Assembly: GCF_001308265.1 (NCBI RefSeq)
Contig: NZ_CP012023.1
Span: 602,932 to 634,931, forward strand
DNA from: Celeribacter marinus
Lineage (GTDB): Bacteria; Pseudomonadota; Alphaproteobacteria; Rhodobacterales; Rhodobacteraceae
Length of the DNA stretch: 32,000 bases
Reading direction: 5' to 3'
Shown here: piece by piece, positions 10,273-19,917 of the stretch
Layout: the number at the start of each line of letters is the position of its first letter
Numbering within the stretch: position 1 is the first letter of the stretch
Made by a program: the position numbers and the translations under genes
Notes under the pieces: model-generated
What the model was told of the DNA's origin: nothing
Database searches by the model: none
The model's input: the letters and a program-made list of their open reading frames with translations, nothing else

Positions 10273-10551
10273 ATGAGCAAAGTTCTTTTGACAGGCACCC
10301 TGACCTGCGCCCCTCACGAGGTCGACGATGTGTTGAGCATCATTGACGACCACATTCGCAAAAGCCGCGCCGAGGCGGGGTGTTTGCAATTCGAGTTATG
10401 GCAAGATGAACTGACCCCCACCAATTTCCACATCTCCGAGGTGTTCCTGAGCGAGGCGGCATTTGCCAAGCACCAAGACCGCAGCCAAGGCTCAGATTGG
10501 GGACGCATCACCGGTCACATGACGCGCGATTTCACAAAGGCCAACGCATGA
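10273..10551 (+). CDS. ABM-fold (antibiotic-biosynthesis-monooxygenase-like) small protein
   Basis: 92 aa from the ATG at 10273. 'GCLQFELWQD...FHISEVFLSEAAFAKHQ' is typical of putative quinol monooxygenase/ABM domains. The upstream part of the track ORF is GC-rich leader. Confidence 0.65.
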   Translation: MSKVLLTGTLTCAPHEVDDVLSIIDDHIRKSRAEAGCLQFELWQDELTPTNFHISEVFLSEAAFAKHQDRSQGSDWGRITGHMTRDFTKANA

Positions 10552-11447
10552 CCACGCAAACGTCCCACCCGCTCAAAGCGGCCGTCTGGATGTCGGGGGC
10601 GGTGTTCGGATTTTCATCCATGGCCGTGCTGGGGCGCAAACTCACACTTGATCTCGATACCTTTGAAATCATGGCGTATCGCTCCCTCATCGGTGTGTTC
10701 ACTGTGCTGATCATCTCAACACTGGCGGGCACGCGCGGCCAAATTCGTGCCCGCGCCCTACCGCTGCACTTGGGCCGCAACATCTCGCATTTTACTGGCC
10801 AAAACCTGTGGCTGTTCGCGCTGACCCTGATCCCCTTGGCGCAGCTGTTCGCGCTTGAGTTCGCCTATCCGATCCTTGTGGCACTTGGCGCGAGCCTGTT
10901 TTTGGGCGAACGCCTGACACCGCTGCGCGGCGCCACGGCTCTGCTCGGATTTATCGGCATCTTGATCGTCGCACAGCCCTTTGGCGCGGGCGGTCTGTCC
11001 ATTGGCCTGTTGGCCGCGATGGCCTGTGCCTTTGGCTTTGCCGGATCGGCGCTGTTTACCAAGCGCCTGACCCGCCGCCCCGATGGTACGGTGACCAACA
11101 TCTTGTTCTGGCTGTCCCTTATGCAACTTGGCCTCGGGGTCGGCTGTGCAATGATGGACGGCCAGATGAAACTGTTCACCACCGCGCAACTGCCGCTTTT
11201 GACGCTATTCGCCCTTGCGGGACTGGGCGCGCATTTTTGCCTGACCACCGCGCTTAGCCTCGCGCCCGCCTCCGTGGTCACGCCCATTGATTTCTTGCGC
11301 CTGCCCCTGATCGCGCTGATCGCCTACGTGCTCTATGGGGAGGCGACAACATGGGCGACATATATCGGGGCGAGCGTGATTTTCGGGGCAAATTACATCA
11401 ATATCTTGTCTGAATCGCGCAAATCACGGGCCGCGCGCCCTGTTTAG
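10548..11447 (+). CDS. DMT-superfamily (EamA-like) transporter
   Basis: The ATG at 10548 overlaps the preceding TGA (ATGA). The protein is hydrophobic with about 10 TM segments and a two-fold EamA-like organisation. Confidence 0.85.
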   Translation: MTTQTSHPLKAAVWMSGAVFGFSSMAVLGRKLTLDLDTFEIMAYRSLIGVFTVLIISTLAGTRGQIRARALPLHLGRNISHFTGQNLWLFALTLIPLAQLFALEFAYPILVALGASLFLGERLTPLRGATALLGFIGILIVAQPFGAGGLSIGLLAAMACAFGFAGSALFTKRLTRRPDGTVTNILFWLSLMQLGLGVGCAMMDGQMKLFTTAQLPLLTLFALAGLGAHFCLTTALSLAPASVVTPIDFLRLPLIALIAYVLYGEATTWATYIGASVIFGANYINILSESRKSRAARPV

Positions 11448-11642
11448 CCCCGTTTTAACGGGGCGCGGTGTGTCATAACGGCGTTGCGCACAAACCACGA
11501 CAGAGGATTTTGACGCGGCGTTAGAATTGCGTCATCGGCGAATCCTCGCTTAGACTTTAACGAGATCTGACGTGAGGAGACACGTTGGACAAAAAAACAA
11601 AAAAAACGATCACGAGCCCAGTGCTCGAAAAGGGATGAGATT

Positions 11643-12719
11643 ATGAAAACACAGCTAACACTGGCCGCAGCCATCGCGGTTGGCGCCACAGGCGCATACG
11701 CAGGCGGCATGGACCGATCAGGTCAGTCTATCGCGCCACTATTCGAAGATGGTTCTTATGTAGAACTGAGCTTTGGGAATGTGAACCCGACTGTGTCGGG
11801 CGTCTTCACCCACCCGACCTTCGGCGACTTCGCCTCTGGCGACATGGCATCGACCTACACAATGTTCGGTGCGGCCTATAAACGTGACCTGAGCGACGCG
11901 CTATCTATGGCGATCATCATTGACCAACCATTCGGTGCGGATGTCGACTATGGCGACGCCGATGCGAACTACCCGTTCGCCACGGCATCTGCTAAAGTCT
12001 CCACTACTGGCGTCTCCGCAATATTGCGCTACAAGTTGAACGACAACTTCGCCGTCCACGGCGGTGTACGGGCCCTGCGCTCACATGGTGAAGTCAGCCT
12101 GCCCGCAATCCCGAGCGCGCCCGCCTACACGCTCGATACCTCCAACGAGACGGATTACAGCTATCTGGTCGGTGCCTCCTACGAAATTCCCGACATCGCG
12201 CTTCGTGCAGCAGTGACATACAACTCAAAGACCACGATCAACTTCGACACAACGGAAAGCACCGAAGGCAGCCAGACCTTGGAAGTCATTATGCCCGAGT
12301 CGATCAATTTCGACTTTCAAACGGGCATTGCTGCGGACACGTTGTTGATGGTGTCTGCGCGTTACGCGAAATGGACTCAAACCGTCATAGATCCTGTGGG
12401 CTACGCAGAGCTTGTGTCTTATGACGATGATACCATCTCTTATTCGTTAGGTCTCGGCCGCCGGTTCTCCGAAAAGCTTTCGGCATCTATCAGCTACGGG
12501 TTCGAAAAGTCTGCCGGGACACCCACGGGCAACTTAGGGCCGACAGACGGGTATAAATCCGTGTCCATCGGCGCGAAATATAATGTGAGTGAGAACACCG
12601 CGATTTCGGGTGGCCTGCGTTACGTTTGGATCGGCGATGCAACCACATCTACAATCGGGTCCGAGTTTACCGACAACAATGCCGTAGGATTTGGCCTCAA
12701 GCTCTCCCACAGCTTCTAA
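11643..12719 (+). CDS. Outer-membrane beta-barrel transport protein (FadL/Toluene_X-like)
   Basis: Signal peptide 'MKTQLTLAAAIAVGATGAYA', an alternating beta-strand pattern and a C-terminal '...GLKLSHSF' ending in Phe. Confidence 0.7.
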   Translation: MKTQLTLAAAIAVGATGAYAGGMDRSGQSIAPLFEDGSYVELSFGNVNPTVSGVFTHPTFGDFASGDMASTYTMFGAAYKRDLSDALSMAIIIDQPFGADVDYGDADANYPFATASAKVSTTGVSAILRYKLNDNFAVHGGVRALRSHGEVSLPAIPSAPAYTLDTSNETDYSYLVGASYEIPDIALRAAVTYNSKTTINFDTTESTEGSQTLEVIMPESINFDFQTGIAADTLLMVSARYAKWTQTVIDPVGYAELVSYDDDTISYSLGLGRRFSEKLSASISYGFEKSAGTPTGNLGPTDGYKSVSIGAKYNVSENTAISGGLRYVWIGDATTSTIGSEFTDNNAVGFGLKLSHSF

Positions 12720-12744
12720 GCATATCACCTACAATACGTCTTCA

Positions 12745-12773
12745 AAAGCCCCGCCAATGTGCGGGGCTTTTTG
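12745..12773 (+). terminator. Rho-independent terminator after the OMP gene
   Basis: agccccgc (12747-12754) pairs with gcggggct (12761-12768), followed by a T-run. Confidence 0.7.
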
Positions 12774-12894
12774 TATCAATTTTCGTGATCTCCTTTGCAC
12801 AAGTTTCGGTTTGTGTGCGGCGCGCTCTGGCGTCTATATGACCATCTGATCAAATTTTGCGCAGCGCGCGCACTCCCGCACAAGGACACCACCG

Positions 12895-13815
12895 ATGGCC
12901 GAGCAAAAGACGATTTCCACCGCCGCGTGGATTGGCCTTGGCCTTATGGGGCTGTTTTGGGGCGGATCGTTTCTCGCGATTGAATTGATGTTGCGTGACA
13001 TGCCGTTCGAAACCCTTGTGGCGCTGCGCGTTTCTGGTGGCGCAATCGCGCTTTGGACCTATGTAATTCTTGCCCGTTTGGAATTGCCCCGCGCGCCAAA
13101 AGTCTGGCTTGCGTTTTTGGTGATCGGCGCGGTGAATGTCGCCGCTCCGTTTTCGTTAATCTCATGGGGTCAACAATATATCACATCCAGCCTCGCGGGC
13201 ATTCTCAACGCCACCACGGCCATCTTTGGACCACTTGTCGCCGCCATATTGTTTGCCGATGAGCGACTTGGCGCGCGCAAACTGGCGGGCGTATTTCTGG
13301 GCTTTCTCGGGGTTGCCACCATCATCGGCCTCGATGCAATCCACGCCTTTGATCTGACGTCGGCGGGCCAAATGGCGCTGATTGGCGCGTCCCTATGCTA
13401 TGCCACGGGCGCGGCACTGGCGCGGATGCACCTCACCGATATGCCCCTCGAAGTCTCCGCCGCGGGCATGATCACGGGGGCGGCCGTCTTTATGGTGCCA
13501 ACCGCGCTGATCAACCACGGATGGCCGCACTTCGCCACGTTTTCGCACGTCACATTGGGGGCATGGGCCTATATCTCGCTCATCTCCACGGGGCTTGCGT
13601 ATTTGCTGCTGTTTCGCGTGATCAAATCCTCGGGTTCGGGCAATGCCACGCTTGTCACATTGGGCGTTGTTCCTGTGTCGGTGATCTTGGGCGCGGTTGT
13701 GTTGGGCGAGACCCTCGCACCGTCCACCTATGTCGGCTTTGGCTTTCTCGCGCTTGGCTTGTTGGTCATCGACGGGCGTCTGTTGCGCCGCATAACTGCG
13801 CGCAAATCGGCCTAA
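12895..13815 (+). CDS. DMT-superfamily (EamA-like) transporter
   Basis: 306-aa hydrophobic protein with about 10 TM segments and EamA-like duplicated halves. Confidence 0.85.
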   Translation: MAEQKTISTAAWIGLGLMGLFWGGSFLAIELMLRDMPFETLVALRVSGGAIALWTYVILARLELPRAPKVWLAFLVIGAVNVAAPFSLISWGQQYITSSLAGILNATTAIFGPLVAAILFADERLGARKLAGVFLGFLGVATIIGLDAIHAFDLTSAGQMALIGASLCYATGAALARMHLTDMPLEVSAAGMITGAAVFMVPTALINHGWPHFATFSHVTLGAWAYISLISTGLAYLLLFRVIKSSGSGNATLVTLGVVPVSVILGAVVLGETLAPSTYVGFGFLALGLLVIDGRLLRRITARKSA

Positions 13816-13876
13816 AACCTCTTGGCTTTTCGCCGCCGTCATGGCACCCAAGAGGGTGAGCGATGAGAGGCGAGAC

Positions 13877-14749
13877 ATGAGCTATACGACAGGCGATGAG
13901 TGGCACAACTGCACGGCCAAACGGGTGATCCTCTTTGGCATGTCGGGCCTTGGAAAAACGCATGTTTCCAACATGTTGCGCGACACCAAAGCGTGGTATC
14001 ACTATTCGGTCGATTACCGCATTGCCACACGCTATCTGGGCGAGACCATCGACGACAACCTCAAAGCCGAGGCGATGAAGTCGCCGTTTTTGCGGGCGCA
14101 ACTGCTCTCCGACAGCATCTTTATCAAATCGAACGTGACATTTAACAACCTCGCGCCGGTCTCGCACTACCTTGGCAAACCCGGAAATCCCGATTTGGGC
14201 GGCATCCCGATTGCCGAGTTCAAGCGCCGCCAAGCGCAGTTTCGCGCCGCCGAAGAGGCCGCACTTTTGGACACCGGCCACTTTATTTCCCGCGCGGCGG
14301 ATCTCTACGAATACCCGCATTTCGTTGGCGACACGGGCGGATCCATCTGTGAGTGGGTGGATGCAACCGATCCGAATGATCCGATCCTCACGGCCTTGTC
14401 AAAACACGCGCTTCTGGTCTGGATCGAAGGGTCTGACGCCCATACCGAGGAATTGGTGCGCCGCTTTGACCGCGCCCCCAAACCTATGGCCTATCAGCCC
14501 GAATTTCTCGATGCGATTTGGACCGAATACCTGTCGCAAAAAGGCATCGATGAGGCTGATGTGAACCCCGACGATTTCATTCGCTACACCTATGCGCGCG
14601 CCCTCGCGCACCGCCAACCGCGCTACAAAGCGATGGCGGACAATTGGGGCGTGACCATCCGCGCCGAGGATGTGGCCCATGCCCAAACTCCTGACGCCTT
14701 TTGCAACTTGATCGGCGCCGCCCTTGATCGGCGCGCATCTGCGACCTAA
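13877..14749 (+). CDS. P-loop NTPase of unknown function
   Basis: Walker A 'GMSGLGKTH'. The ATG at 13877 is preceded by gagagg. The track ORF start at 13841 is less likely. Confidence 0.6.
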   Translation: MSYTTGDEWHNCTAKRVILFGMSGLGKTHVSNMLRDTKAWYHYSVDYRIATRYLGETIDDNLKAEAMKSPFLRAQLLSDSIFIKSNVTFNNLAPVSHYLGKPGNPDLGGIPIAEFKRRQAQFRAAEEAALLDTGHFISRAADLYEYPHFVGDTGGSICEWVDATDPNDPILTALSKHALLVWIEGSDAHTEELVRRFDRAPKPMAYQPEFLDAIWTEYLSQKGIDEADVNPDDFIRYTYARALAHRQPRYKAMADNWGVTIRAEDVAHAQTPDAFCNLIGAALDRRASAT

Positions 14750-14782
14750 CTGACCCCCTTACCCACCTGAAAGCCCTGCCCC

Positions 14783-15706
14783 ATGCCAATTACGTTGCCA
14801 GAAACCCTACCCGCCTTTGACGTCCTCTCATCCGAGGGTGTGATGGTCATGGGCGAAGGGCGCGCAGCATCGCAGGAAATCCGCCCCATTCGCATCGCCC
14901 TGCTCAACCTGATGCCCAAGAAAATCCAGACGGAAAATCAGTTTGCTCGCCTGATCGGCGCAACCCCGTTGCAGATTGATTTCCACCTCATTCGCATGAG
15001 CGAACACCAGACCCGCAACACCGCCGCCGAGCATATGGAACAGTTTTACCGCCCCTTTGACGAGATCAAGGCAAGCGGTGAAAAGTTTGACGGGCTTGTC
15101 ATCACCGGCGCGCCGATCGAGCACATGGATTTCGAGGACGTCACCTATTGGGACGAACTCAAAGAGGTGTTCGAGTGGACCCAGACCCATGTCCATTCCA
15201 CCTTTGGTGTGTGCTGGGGCGGCATGGCGATGATCAACTATTTCCACGGTGTGAAAAAGCACCTGCTCGGGGCCAAGACATTCGGGCTGTTCCGCCAGAA
15301 CAACCTCGCCCCCGCCTCGCCCTATCTGCGCGGGTTCTCTGACGAATGCTACATTCCCGTGAGCCGTTGGACCGAGATGAAACAGGCCGAAATTGACGCC
15401 GTACCCGCCCTCATTCCTCTGCTTGGCTCGGATGAAACCGGCCCCTGTCTGGTCGAAGATCCATCGCACCGCGCGCTCTATATCTTTAACCATTTTGAAT
15501 ATGACACTGGCACGTTGCACGAGGAATTGATGCGCGATCAGGAGGCGGGCAAACCGATCCAGATCCCCGAGCACTATTATCCCGACAACAACCCCCAAAT
15601 GCGCCCCGTGAACCGGTGGCGCTCGCACGCGCATCTTTTGTACGGCAACTGGATCAACGAGATTTACCAGACCACGCCATTCCGGCTGACCGATATTGGG
15701 GCGTAA
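14783..15706 (+). CDS. metA: Homoserine O-acyltransferase, MetA family
   Basis: '[19 protein letters not shown]' and active-site 'FGVCWGGMA'. 307 aa. Confidence 0.9.
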   Translation: MPITLPETLPAFDVLSSEGVMVMGEGRAASQEIRPIRIALLNLMPKKIQTENQFARLIGATPLQIDFHLIRMSEHQTRNTAAEHMEQFYRPFDEIKASGEKFDGLVITGAPIEHMDFEDVTYWDELKEVFEWTQTHVHSTFGVCWGGMAMINYFHGVKKHLLGAKTFGLFRQNNLAPASPYLRGFSDECYIPVSRWTEMKQAEIDAVPALIPLLGSDETGPCLVEDPSHRALYIFNHFEYDTGTLHEELMRDQEAGKPIQIPEHYYPDNNPQMRPVNRWRSHAHLLYGNWINEIYQTTPFRLTDIGA

Positions 15707-16625
15707 GCTGTTGATTTTATGTCTCATTTTCGCGGCACTCACCATTGTCGCCGCCACATGGCGCGGCCATAACGTTGAACGAATTGCGGATGCGCGCGGC
15801 CGAATGGTCAACGGTCTACATGTAGAATCTTACGGCCCCGAGGGCGCGCCACCCGTTGTGTTGATCCACGGCGCGTCTGGCTCGACCTATGATATGAGCT
15901 TTGCACTTGCCCCCGCTCTCGCGCATGACTTTCGCGTCTATGTCGTGGATCGTCCGGGTTTTGGTCACTCCGCGCCCATTGCGGATGAAAGCCTCACCGC
16001 ACAAGCCACCGCTCTTCGCACAGCCCTTGCGACAGTTGAGCCTCGTGCACCCATTGTGTTGGGCCAAAGCTATGGTGCGTCGGTGGCGTTGGCGTGGGGT
16101 GTCGATGCACCTGACACACTGGCCGCCCTCGTTTTGGTCTCGGCTCCATCGCATACATGGTCTGGCGGCCCGTCCCCATTGCACCGCATTTTGAAAACCC
16201 CAGTGATCGGCGCCGTGACCGCGTGGCTGATCGCGGCATGGATTCCCAAGCGCTACATCGACGATCAAATCGATGGTGTCTTTGCCCCGCAACACGCGCC
16301 CAAAGGATATGGCGCGTATTTTCAACCCGAAATGTCGTTGCGCCCCGCCACCCATATGCTCAATGCGCGGCAACGCGTGGCGCTCAAATCGCAACTAGGG
16401 CTGATGATCGATACCTACTCCGAGTTGCGCCTACCGATTGAAAGCGTGCATGGCACGTCCGATACCACAGTGCCGCTTGCCATCCACGCACAGCCCCTTG
16501 CCGACGAGGTGGCAACCAACACGCTCACCGTGCTCGACGGCATCGGACACATGCCGCACCACGTGGCGACACCCGAGATCGTCAAAGCAGTCGTTCGTGC
16601 GGCGAAACGTGCCAATTTGATGTGA
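15696..16625 (+). CDS. Alpha/beta-fold hydrolase with N-terminal membrane anchor
   Basis: '[10 protein letters not shown]' and nucleophile elbow 'GQSYGAS'. The start is uncertain: TTG at 15696 or TTG at 15711, with no in-frame ATG nearby. Confidence 0.78.
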   Translation: MGRKLLILCLIFAALTIVAATWRGHNVERIADARGRMVNGLHVESYGPEGAPPVVLIHGASGSTYDMSFALAPALAHDFRVYVVDRPGFGHSAPIADESLTAQATALRTALATVEPRAPIVLGQSYGASVALAWGVDAPDTLAALVLVSAPSHTWSGGPSPLHRILKTPVIGAVTAWLIAAWIPKRYIDDQIDGVFAPQHAPKGYGAYFQPEMSLRPATHMLNARQRVALKSQLGLMIDTYSELRLPIESVHGTSDTTVPLAIHAQPLADEVATNTLTVLDGIGHMPHHVATPEIVKAVVRAAKRANLM

Positions 16626-16659
16626 TTTCATTGCACCCGCTGCGCATTGCCCCCATATT

Positions 16660-16674
16660 GTTAATTGAATTAAC
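16660..16674. promoter_or_regulatory. Perfect 15-bp palindrome gttaattGaattaac upstream of ppk2-tetR (candidate operator)
   Basis: Read directly from the sequence. It lies in the 87-nt intergenic region, 39 nt upstream of the ppk2 ATG. Confidence 0.3.
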
Positions 16675-16712
16675 ACCGCCACTGCCACAGGCTGCGTGAA
16701 AGGTCCGACCAC

Positions 16713-17612
16713 ATGAGTACGTCCAAACCCGACCTGCCTTTTGAGGGCGCGATTTCCAAGTTCTTTGAACAGCACGCACCAGACCACATTCGCGCGGCGA
16801 TTGAGGATGGCAAAAAGAAAGACATCCTGTCGCCCACCTACCCCTATGCGCGGTGGATGGACAAAGACGATTACGAGGACCAGATGGGCGCGCTACAATG
16901 CGAGTTGGTCAAAATGCTCAGCGATGTGAAAGCCACGGGCAAACGTGTCGTTGTGGTATTCGAGGGGCGTGATGCCGCTGGCAAAGGCGGCACGATCAAA
17001 CGTTTTCGCGAAAACCTCAGCCCCCGCGCGGCCCGCGTCGTAGCCTTGTCAAAACCGACCGAGCGCGAGGCCGGTGAATGGTATTTCCAACGCTATGCCA
17101 AGCACTTACCTACCAAAGGCGAAGTGGTTTTGTTCGACCGCTCATGGTACAATCGCGGTGTCGTAGAAAAGGTGTTCGGCTTTTGTACGGACGATCAGCG
17201 CGCGCGGCTCTTTCATCAGCTCCCCGAGTTTGAGGACATGTTGGTGAGCGAGGGCATTCTCCTGTTTAAAGTCTGGCTCAATGTCGGGCGCGCCGAGCAA
17301 TTGCGCCGCTTTTTGGCCCGCGAAAGTGACCCGCTCAAGCAATGGAAGCTCTCAGGCATCGATGTCAAAGGCCTCGCCCTTTGGGACGCGTATTCGGACG
17401 CTATTTCGGATACATTGCAGCGCAGTCATACCCAGACAGCCCCGTGGACAGTCGTCAGATCAGATGACAAATACCGCGCCCGCCTCAACGCTATTCGCGC
17501 CGTTTTATCCCAAATTGACTACGCCGAAAAAGACACCGCACAGATCGGTGACGTCGACACGGCGGTCTGTGGCGGCCCCGAAATGATCCTATCTGGCGCG
17601 GAGGCGAACTAA
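16713..17612 (+). CDS. ppk2: Polyphosphate kinase 2
   Basis: PPK2 Walker-A-like '[15 protein letters not shown]' and 'FDRSWYNR'. 299 aa. Confidence 0.9.
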   Translation: MSTSKPDLPFEGAISKFFEQHAPDHIRAAIEDGKKKDILSPTYPYARWMDKDDYEDQMGALQCELVKMLSDVKATGKRVVVVFEGRDAAGKGGTIKRFRENLSPRAARVVALSKPTEREAGEWYFQRYAKHLPTKGEVVLFDRSWYNRGVVEKVFGFCTDDQRARLFHQLPEFEDMLVSEGILLFKVWLNVGRAEQLRRFLARESDPLKQWKLSGIDVKGLALWDAYSDAISDTLQRSHTQTAPWTVVRSDDKYRARLNAIRAVLSQIDYAEKDTAQIGDVDTAVCGGPEMILSGAEAN

Positions 17613-17617
17613 GCGGC

Positions 17618-18238
17618 ATGGTTAAAAAACGCGGCTATCACCACGGCAATTTGCGTCAGGCTCTCGTCGATGCAGCACTTGGGCTGATCGAGGAAAAAGG
17701 TCCGACCGGCTTCACCCTTTCAGAGGCGGCGAAAACCGCCGGTGTGACCCCTGCTGCGGTCTACCGCCATTTTGAGGGCCGCGAAGATCTGATCGCGGAG
17801 ATCGCCCAACAAGGCTATGAGGTATTCGCGGACTTGCTCGATTACGCCTACTCAACGGGTCAGCCCTCCGCGCTGGCCAGTTTCGAGGCCGTGGGGCGCG
17901 CCTATCTGGCCTTTGCCCGCAAATATCCGGGGCATTATGTGGCGATGTTCGAAAGCTCGATTTCGATCCAACGCACGCCGGACCTCTACAAGGTCGCGAC
18001 CCGTGCGCATGGCGTTTTGGAACATGCCGCCGAAGAGCTGTCAAAGCACATTCCCGCCGAAAACCGCCCCCCGCCACAGATGTTCGCCGCTCACATCTGG
18101 GCGATGAGCCATGGCGTTGTCGAACTCTTTGCACGCAACAGCCCCGGCACCAAAAGCCCCTTCCCGCCCGAAGATCTTTTAGAGACCGGTATCGGCATCT
18201 ATTTGCGTGGATTGGGGTTGTTGCCCACGGATAGCTGA
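17618..18238 (+). CDS. TetR/AcrR-family transcriptional regulator
   Basis: N-terminal HTH 'FTLSEAAKTAGVTPAAVYRHFEGREDL'. The gene starts 5 nt after the ppk2 stop. Confidence 0.9.
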   Translation: MVKKRGYHHGNLRQALVDAALGLIEEKGPTGFTLSEAAKTAGVTPAAVYRHFEGREDLIAEIAQQGYEVFADLLDYAYSTGQPSALASFEAVGRAYLAFARKYPGHYVAMFESSISIQRTPDLYKVATRAHGVLEHAAEELSKHIPAENRPPPQMFAAHIWAMSHGVVELFARNSPGTKSPFPPEDLLETGIGIYLRGLGLLPTDS

Positions 18239-18287
18239 CAGCGCGCGCGACGAGCGACACCTGACAACAAACCCCATTATCCAAACG

Positions 18288-18318
18288 AAAAAGGCCACCC
18301 GCAAAGGTGGCCTTTTCC
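18288..18318. terminator. Bidirectional hairpin terminator (stronger on the minus strand)
   Basis: aaggccacc (18291-18299) pairs with ggtggcctt (18306-18314). On the minus strand the stem is followed by tttttcgttt; on the plus strand only by tttt. Confidence 0.7.
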
Positions 18319-18353
18319 AATTCTGATATCCAGTAAAGCGGATTAACGCTTAG
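18312..18353. repeat. Left border repeat: displaced native rpsI 3' end (candidate attL)
   Basis: The left tract cttttccaat...cagtaaagcgg attaacgcttag matches 29743-29793 (cttttccaat...cagtataagcga...attaacgcttag). The 12-nt core at 18342-18353 is identical and contains a stop codon plus 'KR' codons on the minus strand. Confidence 0.55.
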
Positions 18354-18403
18354 CTAAGTTAGTATCTTTATTAACATATTTATATCAATATGTTACGCTA
18401 CTA

Positions 18404-18423
18404 AAATGCTTCATGTAAATAAT
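18404..18423. repeat. Perfect 20-nt direct repeat aaatgcttcatgtaaataat (left copy)
   Basis: Identical to 29680-29699. It is followed by a second atgtaaat sub-repeat at 18424-18431. Confidence 0.85.
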
Positions 18424-18463
18424 ATGTAAATCATCCACCGCGCATGCTTTGAAAAGCTGTTAG

Positions 18464-18886
18464 CTAACTGGAACGTGCTTTCGTAACAAACGCAACAGCC
18501 TTGTCCAACTCGCCAGCTATCGCAGCCTGTTTAAAAGCGTCAAGCACGCCAGCAACATCGTCCAACTTGTCCACAAATACAGCGTTACTTTTGCCGTTAA
18601 TGTTCAAAACGCGACTGCCGTAACGGCACTGCACATAGTAACCCGCGTCTTGCTCAAAAAACCAAGCGCGTACCCGCTTTTCATGCTCAACGCGTACGCG
18701 CTCACCTGCGTCATTTGTCTGCCAGCGCTTCGATTTTACCGTATATTCGTCGCCAGCCAAAACAGCAGCAAGCACCCTGCCCTGTTCTTCAATCGCCGCA
18801 ACCAGCTTTTCACGTCGTGCAAGTACGGGGTCTTGTTTCACAGTACGTTGCACGGTCTTCAAGTTCAGTTTTGCAATATAGCTCAT
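18464..18886 (-). CDS. Island hypothetical protein (140 aa)
   Basis: Clean ATG-initiated ORF. I recall similar ~140-aa proteins in other integrative islands but cannot verify this. No motif recognised. Confidence 0.55.
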   Translation of the reverse strand: MSYIAKLNLKTVQRTVKQDPVLARREKLVAAIEEQGRVLAAVLAGDEYTVKSKRWQTNDAGERVRVEHEKRVRAWFFEQDAGYYVQCRYGSRVLNINGKSNAVFVDKLDDVAGVLDAFKQAAIAGELDKAVAFVTKARSS

Positions 18887-18954
18887 TTCAACAGCTCCTA
18901 ATATTGAATGCTGCCGCTACTATATTTTCAGACCAAAAGCATAACGACCTGAAA

Positions 18955-19734
18955 TCAGATGTATTTTTCTACCTTTGAAAAGTAGATTGTACGGGTCGGT
19001 ACAGAACCGAATTCTCTTTCATACCTGCCTACTCCCCCCATGTAGAGGCCATAGTGAAAAATATTCAAGTTCCTGTCAGTTCCGAACATTGTTTTTGTAT
19101 TTTCATCAAGCACTGTTTGGCCATTGAGCTTAGCTTTATAGAAGCCGTCGTTGGCCCAATGCACATCCAAATCGATAGTATTCCATCTGCCGAAAATATC
19201 ACTGCTTTTCGCAAGTTTGACCTTTTCCCTGCCAGTAGCAGTTGCAAACTCAGCGTAGAGCCAACTCACAGACTTCTGCCAACCCATCACGTTAACCATT
19301 AGCGGAACGTTAGGTGCACCTTTTTCAAAAAATTGAAAAATGTGGGTAAAGGGTCCTCCAATACGTTGATTGCTAGGTAGGAAGAAACTGATTGAGTATG
19401 AGGCGCGTTGATTCATTTCACCACCTAAGTCCATCCTCTCATACCGTTGCCGATCAGTTTGGCAGTCGACACCGCCACAATCTCCATGCCTCAATTCAAA
19501 ACGTTCAAGCTCGGAACTCGAAGCGGTTCCGGTAAAGTCCGGCACAACAGAATATGCATAATTAGCTGTAGAATTTCGTTCGTGCAGTGTCCAATTTCCA
19601 AATGCATTTTTGGGTGACCCGCGTGTGATCAGAGATCCATTTCCACCTACATTTTCAGAAACACATCCAGCTAGGCTGACGGTTGACGCCAACGCTCCGG
19701 TTACGAACCCACGCCTACCCAATAACATTGCCAT
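18955..19734 (-). CDS. Putative secreted lipoprotein, concanavalin-like / polysaccharide-lyase-like fold
   Basis: From Met28 of the track ORF the protein starts 'MAMLLGRRGFVTGALASTVSLAGC', which reads as a twin-arginine-like signal plus lipobox LAGC. 'FELRHGDCGG..CQTDRQRYE' resembles the N-terminal strand motif of the heparin-lyase-I-type polysaccharide lyase family (from memory). Confidence 0.45.
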   Translation of the reverse strand: MAMLLGRRGFVTGALASTVSLAGCVSENVGGNGSLITRGSPKNAFGNWTLHERNSTANYAYSVVPDFTGTASSSELERFELRHGDCGGVDCQTDRQRYERMDLGGEMNQRASYSISFFLPSNQRIGGPFTHIFQFFEKGAPNVPLMVNVMGWQKSVSWLYAEFATATGREKVKLAKSSDIFGRWNTIDLDVHWANDGFYKAKLNGQTVLDENTKTMFGTDRNLNIFHYGLYMGGVGRYEREFGSVPTRTIYFSKVEKYI

Positions 19735-19917
19735 ATACCCATCTAAATATTTGATCTTGTTTCCATAATGCACAACCCGCATTCGCAATGCAACGCGGGA
19801 ACCCGACGCACTCACAGCAGTGCAATGGAGCCGGAAATAGTCCTCCTAGTTCGCTATTTCAGAAACATCACCACCTTTGCTGACAAAGGATAAATACCTG
19901 CGAAAGGAACCGCAGTT

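Noticed and set aside
14828-15811. Long antisense or alternative-frame ORFs, e.g. 14828-15811(-), 8638-9372(-), 3539-4444(+), 363-1049(-), 9469-10056(-), 13766-14320(-), 17712-18320(-)
   Set aside because: Each lies opposite or out of frame to a gene with clear family motifs (metA, guaA, methyltransferase, amtB and so on). Their translations are Arg/Ala/Gly/Pro-rich and low in complexity, as expected for stop-poor frames in high-GC DNA.
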